A stretch of 41,450 nt of DNA, taken from a virus (lineage: Duplodnaviria; Caudoviricetes). Below, piece after piece: positions 8,547-17,443 of this stretch (the stretch's first letter is position 1; every line of letters begins with the position of its first letter). The stretch spans positions 1 to 41,450 of IMG/VR virus record IMGVR_UViG_3300017646_000178; one strand, given 5' to 3'. The translations under genes were made by a program, and so were the position numbers. Below the pieces are notes generated by a model that ran no database searches, had not been told where the DNA came from, and saw only the letters and a program-made list of their open reading frames with translations.

Positions 8547-9079
8547 GCGAGACCTCCGAGGAACTCTTCGAGCTTCGCGATCCTGGCCTTCCCCAACTGG
8601 TGCCGGACGTTCTTGGTGCGGAACATCGACGGCGGGGTGCGCCTGACCGTGTCCACCACGATCCGGGCGGCTTCCGGGTCCGGACCGGCGAGCAGCCGGT
8701 CGAGCGGGTCTTTCAAGATCTGGATGAGCCGGTTGCCGGACATGCCCTTGATCTGGCCGCGGACGGACCGTTCGATCGCGGCGGCCTCGTCGGCGACACC
8801 GGCGATCTGCCGGAGCATCAGTCGTTCCTCGCTGTTGGACCGGATACAGGCCAGGGCGTGGGCCTCGGCGGTTTTCCAGTCTCGATGGTGGATCGCGACG
8901 AGGATCCATTCGAGGTGGGAGTTGATCGCCGGGTCCGGGTTGTATTGCTCCTCGTTCAGGACGATGCCGTCCATCGCGGGGTGGAGGATCCGGGTTTCGA
9001 TCAGGTGGCCGGAAAGGTTTCCGTGGGCTGCGGAACTGGTTTGGAGGGCCGTACCGTCGCCGGCGTGAACGGTCACCAT
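8543..9079 (-). CDS. Hypothetical protein; C-terminus loosely resembles actinobacterial IHF
   Basis: TGATG-coupled to the Arc gene; resemblance judged by eye only. Confidence 0.6.
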   Translation of the reverse strand: MVTVHAGDGTALQTSSAAHGNLSGHLIETRILHPAMDGIVLNEEQYNPDPAINSHLEWILVAIHHRDWKTAEAHALACIRSNSEERLMLRQIAGVADEAAAIERSVRGQIKGMSGNRLIQILKDPLDRLLAGPDPEAARIVVDTVRRTPPSMFRTKNVRHQLGKARIAKLEEFLGGLA

Positions 9080-9252
9080 CAGGCAGTCGCCTTCTCACGC
9101 TCGACGTGCTCTCGAAGGGCCACCCGAACCTCAGCGGACATATTCCGCTCGTTCGCCTCGGCCACTTCTCGAACTGCGTCCCGAAGATCCTCCGGGAGAC
9201 GCACGGCAATCAGCGGGTCGGCTGCGTTCGACTTGCGGGTGGATTGCGTCAT
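9079..9252 (-). CDS. Arc-like ribbon-helix-helix regulator (Cro position)
   Basis: IAVRLPEDLRDAVREVAEANERNMSAEVRVAL; ATG 6 nt after a TATACT box. Confidence 0.85.
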   Translation of the reverse strand: MTQSTRKSNAADPLIAVRLPEDLRDAVREVAEANERNMSAEVRVALREHVEREKATA

Positions 9253-9258
9253 GGGCGC

Positions 9259-9288
9259 AGTATAACCACATTTAGCCCGCAATGTCAA
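9259..9288 (-). promoter_or_regulatory. Sigma70-type early promoter giving a leaderless mRNA
   Basis: TTGACA (9288-9283)-18 nt-TATACT (9264-9259)-6 nt-ATG. Confidence 0.8.
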
Positions 9289-9303
9289 CGCAACTAACCC
9301 GCA

Positions 9304-9320
9304 AGAGCGAATTTCGCTCT
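9304..9320. promoter_or_regulatory. Candidate repressor operator
   Basis: Perfect palindrome AGAGCGAA-T-TTCGCTCT between the divergent regulators. Confidence 0.6.
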
Positions 9321-9356
9321 ACCAAGCGGCGCGAGGGGCGAGTAAGGTGCGCCACG

Positions 9357-9761
9357 ATGGAGACCGACGACCAGCCAGCGGCGGGGGTAGGCGGCCGGAT
9401 CGCGATGCTCCGCGAGCGGCGCGGCCTCGATCAGATCGAGTTCGCCGCAGCGGCGGGCAAGAAGCCGCGGACCATCCAGAGCTGGGAGGGCGACAAGGTC
9501 ACTCCCCCCAGGCGAGAGGTAGCTCGCCTGGGGCGCATCTTCGGCGTCGACGCAGGCTGGATATGGACCGGGGAGGGAACCCCTCCCTCGTGGGCCGGCG
9601 CGGACCCCCAGCAGGATCTCAGGGAGCTGCTGGGGTTCTTCCGCCAGGCCGTGGAGTCGAATGATGACGACGGATTCGCCGCCCTATTGAAGCGGCTCCA
9701 AGCCAACGATCCGCATCTGCCCGAAGGGCCCGACGAAGATCGGGGTCCTGAGCTTGACTAG
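9357..9761 (+). CDS. XRE-family HTH immunity repressor
   Basis: RIAMLRERRGLDQIEFA...RTIQSWE...P...LGRIFGVDAGWIWTGEG; divergent from the Arc gene; TAAGGT 8 nt upstream of the ATG. Confidence 0.85.
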   Translation: METDDQPAAGVGGRIAMLRERRGLDQIEFAAAAGKKPRTIQSWEGDKVTPPRREVARLGRIFGVDAGWIWTGEGTPPSWAGADPQQDLRELLGFFRQAVESNDDDGFAALLKRLQANDPHLPEGPDEDRGPELD

Positions 9762-9822
9762 CCTTCTCGGCCAGCGTGTCGGCAACCTCTTCCGTGAGGG
9801 TGACATCGGATTCGGTGAGCAA
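9619..9822 (-). CDS. Possible small antisense ORF overlapping the repressor 3' end
   Basis: Strong RBS GAAGGGAG 7 nt before TTG; helical-looking 67 aa. Confidence 0.4.
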   Translation of the reverse strand: MLTESDVTLTEEVADTLAEKASQAQDPDLRRALRADADRWLGAASIGRRIRRHHSTPRPGGRTPAAP

Positions 9823-9970
9823 TTTTCGACTCCCTTCGGGCAGGGGTGCCCGTCAACCGCCCTCCAACCCGATGTTCGGCGTCCAAAACCGAGCACCTGC
9901 ACACGAACATACATTCCCGTCCGGCGTATGTTGACGCCTGTCAGAAACCCCCTGCAAACGGAAGGAATCC

Positions 9971-10618
9971 ATGAAACGACTCGCACCGATCCTGCTCGCA
10001 CTGGCCCTCGTCGTCGGATGCGGATCGGACGTCGAACCCGAATCTGACCACGGGCTGACAGCCGCCGCTGACTGCCTAGGAGACGGCGGGGCGACAACGG
10101 TCATACCAAGCGGCGGCGACCTCCAAAAGAACGTTGCGGCCAAAGGGCCGGGTGGGACGTTCATCAGCCTCACTACCAGCGACGCGGACACGGTAATCAT
10201 CGCGGCCCGGAAGATGCGGACCGCCACCGACACCGATCTCGTGACTTGGCTCACCCCCGACCACCAAGCATTCGCGGCCGTAGAAGGCACCGACAAACCA
10301 GAAGATTGGCGTCTAGCGGTCGAATGTGCCCTCGTTCTCCCGGACGATCCCGGCAAGGGCAACCAGGAGATGCGGCTCGATGAGATGCACTTGAATACCG
10401 AGTATTTTGCCTCGGTCGTAGATGGTGCCTGCGACCTAAAGCCCGGGCGCATGTCATCTCTGCTCCTCGGAGATGCGGTTCAGCGCGATATCGGCCCAAA
10501 GCGCTGGGATGGGTATATGAACCGGATGGCTGCGAGGGCGGCAGATCTAACCCTTGACCCGCGAACCCGGGGCGAGACGTGTCGAATGTTGCGTCGAGCG
10601 AAGCCCTGGGCGGTGTAA
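9971..10618 (+). CDS. Lipoprotein
   Basis: MKRLAPILLALALVVGC signal peptide with lipobox; AAGGA RBS. Confidence 0.8.
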   Translation: MKRLAPILLALALVVGCGSDVEPESDHGLTAAADCLGDGGATTVIPSGGDLQKNVAAKGPGGTFISLTTSDADTVIIAARKMRTATDTDLVTWLTPDHQAFAAVEGTDKPEDWRLAVECALVLPDDPGKGNQEMRLDEMHLNTEYFASVVDGACDLKPGRMSSLLLGDAVQRDIGPKRWDGYMNRMAARAADLTLDPRTRGETCRMLRRAKPWAV

Positions 10619-10726
10619 CCCCTTACCCACCAACTCCCGCCAATTTGACGGGAGTTGCCCTGCGGGATCGGCCTCGACTCCGGTCCCTGCGAGTTCCCCT
10701 GCGAAGCTCACCGGTAGAAGTTTGTC

Positions 10727-10761
10727 TACAGACTTGACATTTTCTGTCAAGTCTGTATATT
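10727..10761 (+). promoter_or_regulatory. Promoter embedded in a 13-5-13 perfect inverted repeat
   Basis: TACAGACTTGACA-TTTTC-TGTCAAGTCTGTA; TTGACA 10734-10739, TATATT 10756-10761 (16-nt spacer). Confidence 0.75.
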
Positions 10762-10831
10762 GGTTTCATCAAGTCAAAGAGGCCCCGGCGATTCAGCGCC
10801 GAGGCCCCAGAGCCAAAGGAGACACATTCCA

Positions 10832-11041
10832 ATGACCCGCATCGAATCTAACAGCCTCACCCAGACCGAAGTCCTCGGTGACCTGATGAACCTGGAACGC
10901 GGCGAAGAGCTCGTCTTCACCGCCGGTCGCCGCGAAGTCACCGTCACCGGCGGCAACGGCTTCTACAGCATCGAAGGTATGAGCCGCGACTACAACGGTG
11001 AGAAGATCACCGCCCGCGTTATCGCCAACATGATCCGCTAG
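10832..11041 (+). CDS. Small hypothetical protein
   Basis: AAGGAG RBS before ATG (MTRIESN). Confidence 0.75.
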   Translation: MTRIESNSLTQTEVLGDLMNLERGEELVFTAGRREVTVTGGNGFYSIEGMSRDYNGEKITARVIANMIR

Positions 11042-11052
11042 GGAGGTCGAGA

Positions 11053-11541
11053 ATGAACTACCCCATCCACATGATCCTCACCCTCCGCAGGCACCTCGAA
11101 GAGGATGGGGCCGACAACCCAGACCTTGCCGCCCGGCAGTGGGCCGAACAGGGCTGGACCGACCCCTCAACCGCTTACCGGGAATGGTCCGGACTCGGAA
11201 TTACCGACCCCGATCTTGCCTGGGAACTTCACGAACATGGTGTGAAAATCGTTCAGGCATCCGAGATCCGCACCGTTGACGGCATCGAAGACACTATCGC
11301 CGGTCATGTCAAAGCGGAACGCCTCACCGTTGGAGAGGCCGTCTCGGAGGCCGGGGTTGATCCGCTCCGCGACCTTGAGATTCTCGCGCAGGACCGCGCC
11401 ACCGCGGAACAGGCTCTATCCGCGATCGGGAAGCTCGCGAAAGTGAAAGCAACCGCCGCGAGAGAACAGGGCGCGTCGGTTGAGAAGATCGCTTCCGCGT
11501 TCGGGGTTTCCCGACAGACCGCCTACAACCTGCTCGACTGA
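11053..11541 (+). CDS. Protein with C-terminal HTH
   Basis: GGAGG RBS; REQGASVEKIASAFGVSRQTAYNLL. Confidence 0.75.
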   Translation: MNYPIHMILTLRRHLEEDGADNPDLAARQWAEQGWTDPSTAYREWSGLGITDPDLAWELHEHGVKIVQASEIRTVDGIEDTIAGHVKAERLTVGEAVSEAGVDPLRDLEILAQDRATAEQALSAIGKLAKVKATAAREQGASVEKIASAFGVSRQTAYNLLD

Positions 11542-11611
11542 CCTGCACTGGGATGTAGTAGCAGGTGAAGGCGTGGCACCGCGCCGCCGACCTGACCCCC
11601 GGGCGCCCACG

Positions 11612-11647
11612 AAAAAGCCCCCGCCACCCGGAAGGGTGACGAGGGCT
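11612..11647 (-). terminator. Intrinsic terminator ending the late/lysis operon
   Basis: AGCCCTCGTCACCC-TTCC-GGGTGGCGGGGGCT followed by a T-run on the minus strand, between convergent units. Confidence 0.75.
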
Positions 11648-11870
11648 AGCCCTGAAATACGTTCCGTTACGGGTAGGTACGGATACCCGCGGCGTCAGGC
11701 CGCCACCGCGACCCTTCCCCCAAATCCCGCCCAGAACGCCTCAGGATTGAATCCCGCCGGAATGTTCGCGGCCCGGCGTTTGTGGTCCCGGACACGGCAC
11801 GCATCCGATGCGTACTTCGCATCGGCCCGCATCCCCTTCAACGGGGTACGGCACCCGCAGGCACACCGCC

Positions 11871-12272
11871 TCACAGACCCACCCGCCGGTCCGGGTCAAG
11901 GTCCTCAGGATCGAACCCTTCCTCATCCTCGGACGGGGTCCAAAGACCGACCGCCAACGGCACCAACCCCGCCAGGGCGACCAGGTCGCTCTGGGTGAAG
12001 TTGTTCAGCTGCTCGATCCCGGTCAGGTCGGCCAGAGCCGGAAGCAGCCACCCGAGCACAATCACCAGAGCCGCCGACCCGCCGGCCGGATAAGCCTTCA
12101 GGCCATGCCGTCCCGCCCATCCCGGGGACAGGTAGACGGAAACGGCAACGACGAGGCCGACGAAGGCCAGGGCGACGCCGTTCGGGATGTCGACACCGAA
12201 CCAGGTGGCGATCAGGCAGACGAGCGATGCTAGGGCGGCATTGCAGCCAACCCTTGACTGTTGGTAGGTCAT
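11871..12272 (-). CDS. Holin-like multi-TM protein
   Basis: About four hydrophobic helices; directly follows the endolysin. Confidence 0.6.
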   Translation of the reverse strand: MTYQQSRVGCNAALASLVCLIATWFGVDIPNGVALAFVGLVVAVSVYLSPGWAGRHGLKAYPAGGSAALVIVLGWLLPALADLTGIEQLNNFTQSDLVALAGLVPLAVGLWTPSEDEEGFDPEDLDPDRRVGL

Positions 12273-12287
12273 GGCACTTCCCCTCTC

Positions 12288-13085
12288 TTAGCGCGTCACG
12301 CGCCGGTAGTCGTTGACCAGCGACTTCGACCGAACCTTCCGGTACACGCCGTCGCCGCCGGTCTTGGAATCGCTGACCGCACCGGACGCGCCGGTGTTGC
12401 CCTCGATTGTGGTGATGGTTCCGTCGCCGTTGTCCTTCTCGAACAAGCCGACGTGATCGAACTTGAACCGGACGAGATCCCCCGGTTTCGGGACCGCGAC
12501 CTTGTTGATGCCGAGGAGCGTCCCGAGGTAGTAGACGGATGCCCAGAGACGCTGAACGAGTTTCGATCCGGCGATGCGGTAGCAGAACGCGCAGAAGTCA
12601 CCGCACCACGGTTCGCCGATAACGCCGCCGTTGGCACGGATGATCTTGTCGACGATCGGGCCGGTGTTGTTGCCGCCCTGCTCCATTACCCCGATCAGGG
12701 TTCGGGCGACGTCGAGGGCCTTCTGGCCGAGGGTGCGGTCCCACCGCTTTCGCATCCGTTGCCGGTAGCTCTTCCGGCGCCGGGTCGCACGACGCTCCGC
12801 CTTGTTCTTGGGACGGGTCCGCCGGACCAGCCGTTGCGCGGACTCCGGGCACCTGCGGGCGGCGAGTGCCGCACGATTGCCGGCCAGGGCACCCATGCCG
12901 ATCGCGGCCATGCGAACACCGCGGTGGGTGTTCGGGCCGTACTCCCCGTCGATTACGATGTCGTAGTCGATCTTGAAGTGGTCGAGGACCTTCTGCGCTG
13001 CCTTTTGGAGAGCGCTGACGTCCTCGCCGGTATCGCCGAACCGCAGGGGTCGGTGAACCCGTGCGGGGCTTTTCTTGGCAGACAA
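12288..13085 (-). CDS. Endolysin (PG-binding domain plus CHAP domain)
   Basis: LRFGDTGEDVSALQ...DGEYGPNT; PWC, HVGL, TIEGNT. Confidence 0.9.
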   Translation of the reverse strand: MSAKKSPARVHRPLRFGDTGEDVSALQKAAQKVLDHFKIDYDIVIDGEYGPNTHRGVRMAAIGMGALAGNRAALAARRCPESAQRLVRRTRPKNKAERRATRRRKSYRQRMRKRWDRTLGQKALDVARTLIGVMEQGGNNTGPIVDKIIRANGGVIGEPWCGDFCAFCYRIAGSKLVQRLWASVYYLGTLLGINKVAVPKPGDLVRFKFDHVGLFEKDNGDGTITTIEGNTGASGAVSDSKTGGDGVYRKVRSKSLVNDYRRVTR

Positions 13086-13146
13086 GGCTGCCCCCTTTCA
13101 TCGTCTTCGGCCCTTGCGGGCGGGTGTCGTGGCCCTCGCGGGCGTT

Positions 13147-13428
13147 TTAGATGAAGCGGCCGGCGAGCAGGACAACTACGCCGGAAACGATGCCGGTGAT
13201 TGCAGGCACCGCAAACTGGGAAACGGCGAGCCCACCCTGAACACGGGCCTGCCACATTTCGAGCTTTCGCACCCTGCCGTTTGTCGCTCGAGCGAGGTCA
13301 CGGACCTCCCCGATGTCCTCGCGCAACTCCAGGCGAACTTCCTGAATGTCATCCTTGAGGCTGACATGGACGGCGTCGAGTTTCGCGTCGACGTTGTCGA
13401 GACGGGCGGCCAGAACTTCCGGGGTCAT
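13147..13428 (-). CDS. Coiled-coil protein with C-terminal TM (lysis-associated)
   Basis: TNGRVRKLE motif plus hydrophobic C-terminus, upstream of the endolysin. Confidence 0.6.
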   Translation of the reverse strand: MTPEVLAARLDNVDAKLDAVHVSLKDDIQEVRLELREDIGEVRDLARATNGRVRKLEMWQARVQGGLAVSQFAVPAITGIVSGVVVLLAGRFI

Positions 13429-15047
13429 CCGAGGCTCCTTTCGGCCCCGACCCGTAGCCGGCCAAGAACCGTGTCGAGGCGATTCGGTGGGCTATCCGTG
13501 GAGACAACGGTCTGTCTCTGCTCGTGGCTGTACCGCTTGTCCACGATCGTGCGGCGACGCGGCGAACGTTCGTTCTCAACCAGGATCCGGTCACCGGACC
13601 GGACCGCCCAGGACGGGTGAGGAACCCCGATCGAGTCCCTCACCGGGCCGGTCAACGTGATCTCCCCTTTCGACATGGGCCGGCCGAGCTCAACAAGGGC
13701 AACCTGCGCGAGCCGGAGCGCGATATCTGGGTCGACCACGCCCAGATCGATCGGGTCCGGCATCTTCCTTGGAATACCGGCCTGGTTGACGGGATTGGTT
13801 GGGGACGTGTCAAGCAGCGACGGGTCTTCTATGTCGCTGCCCGATCCGGGCGGCCCGAGCGTGTGCTGCCGGCCCGATGCGTCCGTGAACGTGGCCGCGA
13901 TCGCGTTGTAGCTCTCCGAAAGGCTGTCGCCTTGCTCCACGAGCTCGCATCCTTCTCCTTGTCGGACCCGCCATTCGCGGCCGTAGGTGCCGGGGGAACG
14001 CATGAAGAACGTGCGGTGCTCGTACACGCCCCAGTCCATGAGCCGGCCACCGGACCCGCCGAGCGCGGCAACCTGGGTGACAACATCTTCCGGATGGACG
14101 GACGGCACGAAGCTCAGGTGCGGGGGAATGAAGCTGGACGGTTCGATCGACCCGCCCGGCCCGGTGGTGAACCTGAGCATCGGGGCGGCTTTCCCGACCG
14201 CATGGGCGACCGCGTCGGAACCGGCTACACCATCAACTCCGTCGTCGGCCGGGGCGAGCGGGAGACCGTGATCACCGTAGAGGGCAACCCGCCAGAACAT
14301 TGTGTAGTCCTGGCTGTCTCCGCCGGCCAGGAGCGCGAGTTGCTGCAGGGCGATGTACCTGCTGGGGGTGGCCGGGGTCCAGTAGCCGCCGGACCCGTCC
14401 CTGGTGATCGATCCGGAGTTCGTTCCGCCGTCACCTTCCGGGTTATCGAACGCGGATAGCAACGCCAGCCAGCTTCCGCCGGTGGTGCCGGCTGCGTCGT
14501 TCGCGGACACTTTCCGCCACACCTTCGAGATGCGGCAGGGGCCGGCGTCGAACCAGCCCTCGATGACCTGGCCGCGTTCCCATGGGCCCGTGAGGGATGT
14601 TTTGAGGGCTGGGGAGGTTTGGTCCCAGTCCGCGGTTACGTCCTGGGCGTCGATGCCGAGCGAGTCGGTTTCGAGACGTCGCGCGACGGATGGCCCGTCC
14701 CAGTCGCCGTAGGCGCGGTGACAGTAGATTTCCGCGACTCGGTCGTCCCGCAAGTGGGCGGCCCAGCCTTCGCATTGGACCTGTTGGCCTCCGTGCTGAT
14801 CGGGGTTGACCTGGGTGATCCGTCCCTCCCATGCAACCCGGGATCCGGTTCCGAGGATGCGCACGTTCATGCCCCGACTGACAAGGGTTTCGCCGTGGAT
14901 CTGGAAGGTGCAGTCCCCGAACCCGCCGGGGATCGAGTCCCCGAAATCGGGTGGTGACATGCGCCGGGACACGTCCTCTTCGTCGGTTCCGAACCGGAGG
15001 GTCAGACCGGGCGCTTCGATGATCGCGTGTAGCCGGTCCTCGGTCAT
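13425..15047 (-). CDS. Minor tail/baseplate hub protein
   Basis: Position after the Dit-like gene; PGGFG...AWEGRI and VRSGDRI motifs. Confidence 0.7.
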   Translation of the reverse strand: MTEDRLHAIIEAPGLTLRFGTDEEDVSRRMSPPDFGDSIPGGFGDCTFQIHGETLVSRGMNVRILGTGSRVAWEGRITQVNPDQHGGQQVQCEGWAAHLRDDRVAEIYCHRAYGDWDGPSVARRLETDSLGIDAQDVTADWDQTSPALKTSLTGPWERGQVIEGWFDAGPCRISKVWRKVSANDAAGTTGGSWLALLSAFDNPEGDGGTNSGSITRDGSGGYWTPATPSRYIALQQLALLAGGDSQDYTMFWRVALYGDHGLPLAPADDGVDGVAGSDAVAHAVGKAAPMLRFTTGPGGSIEPSSFIPPHLSFVPSVHPEDVVTQVAALGGSGGRLMDWGVYEHRTFFMRSPGTYGREWRVRQGEGCELVEQGDSLSESYNAIAATFTDASGRQHTLGPPGSGSDIEDPSLLDTSPTNPVNQAGIPRKMPDPIDLGVVDPDIALRLAQVALVELGRPMSKGEITLTGPVRDSIGVPHPSWAVRSGDRILVENERSPRRRTIVDKRYSHEQRQTVVSTDSPPNRLDTVLGRLRVGAERSLG

Positions 15048-17443
15048 GTGAGAAGCACCCTCGGGATCACGGTCAGCTCGAGGTCCATTTCGTCGGCGGT
15101 TGAGTGTTCGATGCCGGATCCCGGCAACGAGCGGGACACGAATACGGCGAGTTCGGACGGGGCGAGTTCCCGGCCGTATGGTGGGATGCGCAGGTAGTCA
15201 CCTTCGATGGCTGATTCACCGATCCGGTCCCCCTGGTCGTCCTGTCGGATGAACTCGCGGTGGGTGAGGGTTCCGGCCTGGTCCTTGCCGATGATGGGGA
15301 GTTGGTCGGTGCTGCCCACCAAATCTTCGATGGTGAAGTCGTAGTAGGCGGCGTCCTGGGTGCCGGAGGTGAATCGTTGGTCGACGATGCCGCAGGCACC
15401 GGTCGCGTTCGAACCCCCGGTGTTGAGATCGGAGTGCTGCAGTCCCGCGATGGCGAGAATGCTGTTCGTGACCGAGTCGACGGCGGCGGCGATAGCCAAA
15501 CCTCCGGAGTGGAACGCGAGCACCACCCGGACGCGACCCGGCTGCTCGAACAGACCGGCTCCTGACGACAGCGGAACAACCTGGGAGGCCCCGGTTTTCG
15601 TGAAGGTTAGTGTGAGTATCGACAGGGTCTCGTCTCCTCGGATGACGGTCGCCTTGACGTAATGGCTGGACGCATACCGGCCATACACGCCCATCTTGGA
15701 GAGCTTCCCGTTGAGGTCACACAGAACCCCGACACTCACCCGCGCCAGCCCGAACGATTCCGGGGTGCCACCGGTCACGGACGCCGCCGCGAGCTGGTCG
15801 TTGTCCGCGTTTCGTGCCGGCACCAGTTTGCCGCTGCTCCGGGAGAACCGGCCGTTCGTCGAAGACCAAGTACGCGCCCCGGCCTTCGAGTAGCCCATCG
15901 ACGCACCGTTCAACTCGCCGGAACCAGAGAACCTGTCAAACCGGATCACGTCCCCGCCCGAGGTTCGCCGCATATCCGCCTTCGCCAAACCCGCACACTC
16001 CGCGACCGGCTGCAGCCAGATCCGGGACAACGTCATCGTCCCGGTCTTCCCGACAAACTCAGCCTTCCAGCCAGTCGCGTCCTCCGGAACGATCATCAAC
16101 CCGAGATCCACCACGGTTCGGGTACTGGACTCCAGCACCACCGACGGGTTCCGGGCCATCAGACGGCCATCGTCGATCCCCCACATCCAGGTGATCTGGG
16201 CCTGGTCGGTGCCGCCCGCCAGCGCCCACACCCGGTAGGTGCCGCGGTGCTGACCCTCCAGCGTAAACAGGGACCGTTCCTGTGACAGCAGAGTTGCGGT
16301 CACGACCGAGTCCGACACGGTCGCACCGGTCAACGTCACGTCGCCCGAGTCGAACTCGAGCGGGTTACCGTCCAGATACCGGTGCCGGAGCCCCCACCAT
16401 GCGAACAGCCGGTCGCTGTCGTCCTGCTCGCTGATCTTCAACCGGCCAAGCGCATCCACCGAGCCGGGAACCTCCGGGATCGGCACCACGGCGAAGTCGG
16501 TTTCCCCGATGGCGGTGGCGACCACGACCGGTTCGAGCCGACCGTAGGGCCGGCACTCAAACTCGATCGTGGGTTCGCACCTGAACAGAGGGGTGGACCG
16601 GTCGCTCGGAAGAGCAGTGATACGGGCATCCACCAGGTCATAGGTGACCGGTACACCCTGGGGCGGGATGTGCAGGTAGGTGCCGCCGCGACGTTTGATG
16701 CCCTGGACCAGCTGCTGGAGATCCTCGATGATCGCCCAGAACCGGGGGCCGCCGGACTCAGGCCGGGTTGACGATGATTCGTGCCGGGCACCCGTCCAGG
16801 AGCAGCCGGGGGTGTCCCCGTCGAAGTAGGGGGTCTCGATGTCAGTGACCGACACGGCGTCGATGTCGAAAGTGCCGGCCCCGGCCGCCACGAACTTCAA
16901 AGAACCCGTTGCGGAGGGCACTTCCAGGTCAACCTGCTGCCAGTTGTCGGTGACGTCGATCGACGCGAGCTGGGTGGATCCGCGAACCACCTTCACGGCG
17001 ACGTCGCCCCGCACCTGGAACGTGAGGTAGCCGCCGCCGGTGAGGCTGGTCGCGATGCCGTCGTTGCCCGCGGCACACGTCACCCTGGCGTGGCAAACAC
17101 CGGCTACCCCGTCCCCAATCACTCGCTCGACGGTGCCGGTGCCTTCCTCGGCCCAGCCGTCGGTGCCGTTCTCGAACGACGGGTTCGTGACCCGGTTAGT
17201 CGCCGCCTCAAGCTCAGCCGGCTCCGTCACCCTGAGTTCCACGCTCGCAACCCCGTTCTGAGGATCAGACCCGACCAGGCCTGCACCCTCCACGCCTGGG
17301 GCCATCGTGTTGCTGAACTCCGGCAACGGCAACTTCCGCTCCGTCAGGAACACGCCATGAGCGGCCACGGTGCCGACGAGCTCGAAGGTTGCCCCGGTGT
17401 TCTCGGGGGCGGGGTTCAGAATGTCGCGTGGCGGGACGCTCAC
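15044..17443 (-). CDS. Distal-tail-like protein with inserted carbohydrate-binding-like modules
   Basis: Follows the tape measure gene; NRVTNPSFE.GT.GW and PYFDGDT motifs. Confidence 0.7.
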   Translation of the reverse strand: MSVPPRDILNPAPENTGATFELVGTVAAHGVFLTERKLPLPEFSNTMAPGVEGAGLVGSDPQNGVASVELRVTEPAELEAATNRVTNPSFENGTDGWAEEGTGTVERVIGDGVAGVCHARVTCAAGNDGIATSLTGGGYLTFQVRGDVAVKVVRGSTQLASIDVTDNWQQVDLEVPSATGSLKFVAAGAGTFDIDAVSVTDIETPYFDGDTPGCSWTGARHESSSTRPESGGPRFWAIIEDLQQLVQGIKRRGGTYLHIPPQGVPVTYDLVDARITALPSDRSTPLFRCEPTIEFECRPYGRLEPVVVATAIGETDFAVVPIPEVPGSVDALGRLKISEQDDSDRLFAWWGLRHRYLDGNPLEFDSGDVTLTGATVSDSVVTATLLSQERSLFTLEGQHRGTYRVWALAGGTDQAQITWMWGIDDGRLMARNPSVVLESSTRTVVDLGLMIVPEDATGWKAEFVGKTGTMTLSRIWLQPVAECAGLAKADMRRTSGGDVIRFDRFSGSGELNGASMGYSKAGARTWSSTNGRFSRSSGKLVPARNADNDQLAAASVTGGTPESFGLARVSVGVLCDLNGKLSKMGVYGRYASSHYVKATVIRGDETLSILTLTFTKTGASQVVPLSSGAGLFEQPGRVRVVLAFHSGGLAIAAAVDSVTNSILAIAGLQHSDLNTGGSNATGACGIVDQRFTSGTQDAAYYDFTIEDLVGSTDQLPIIGKDQAGTLTHREFIRQDDQGDRIGESAIEGDYLRIPPYGRELAPSELAVFVSRSLPGSGIEHSTADEMDLELTVIPRVLLT

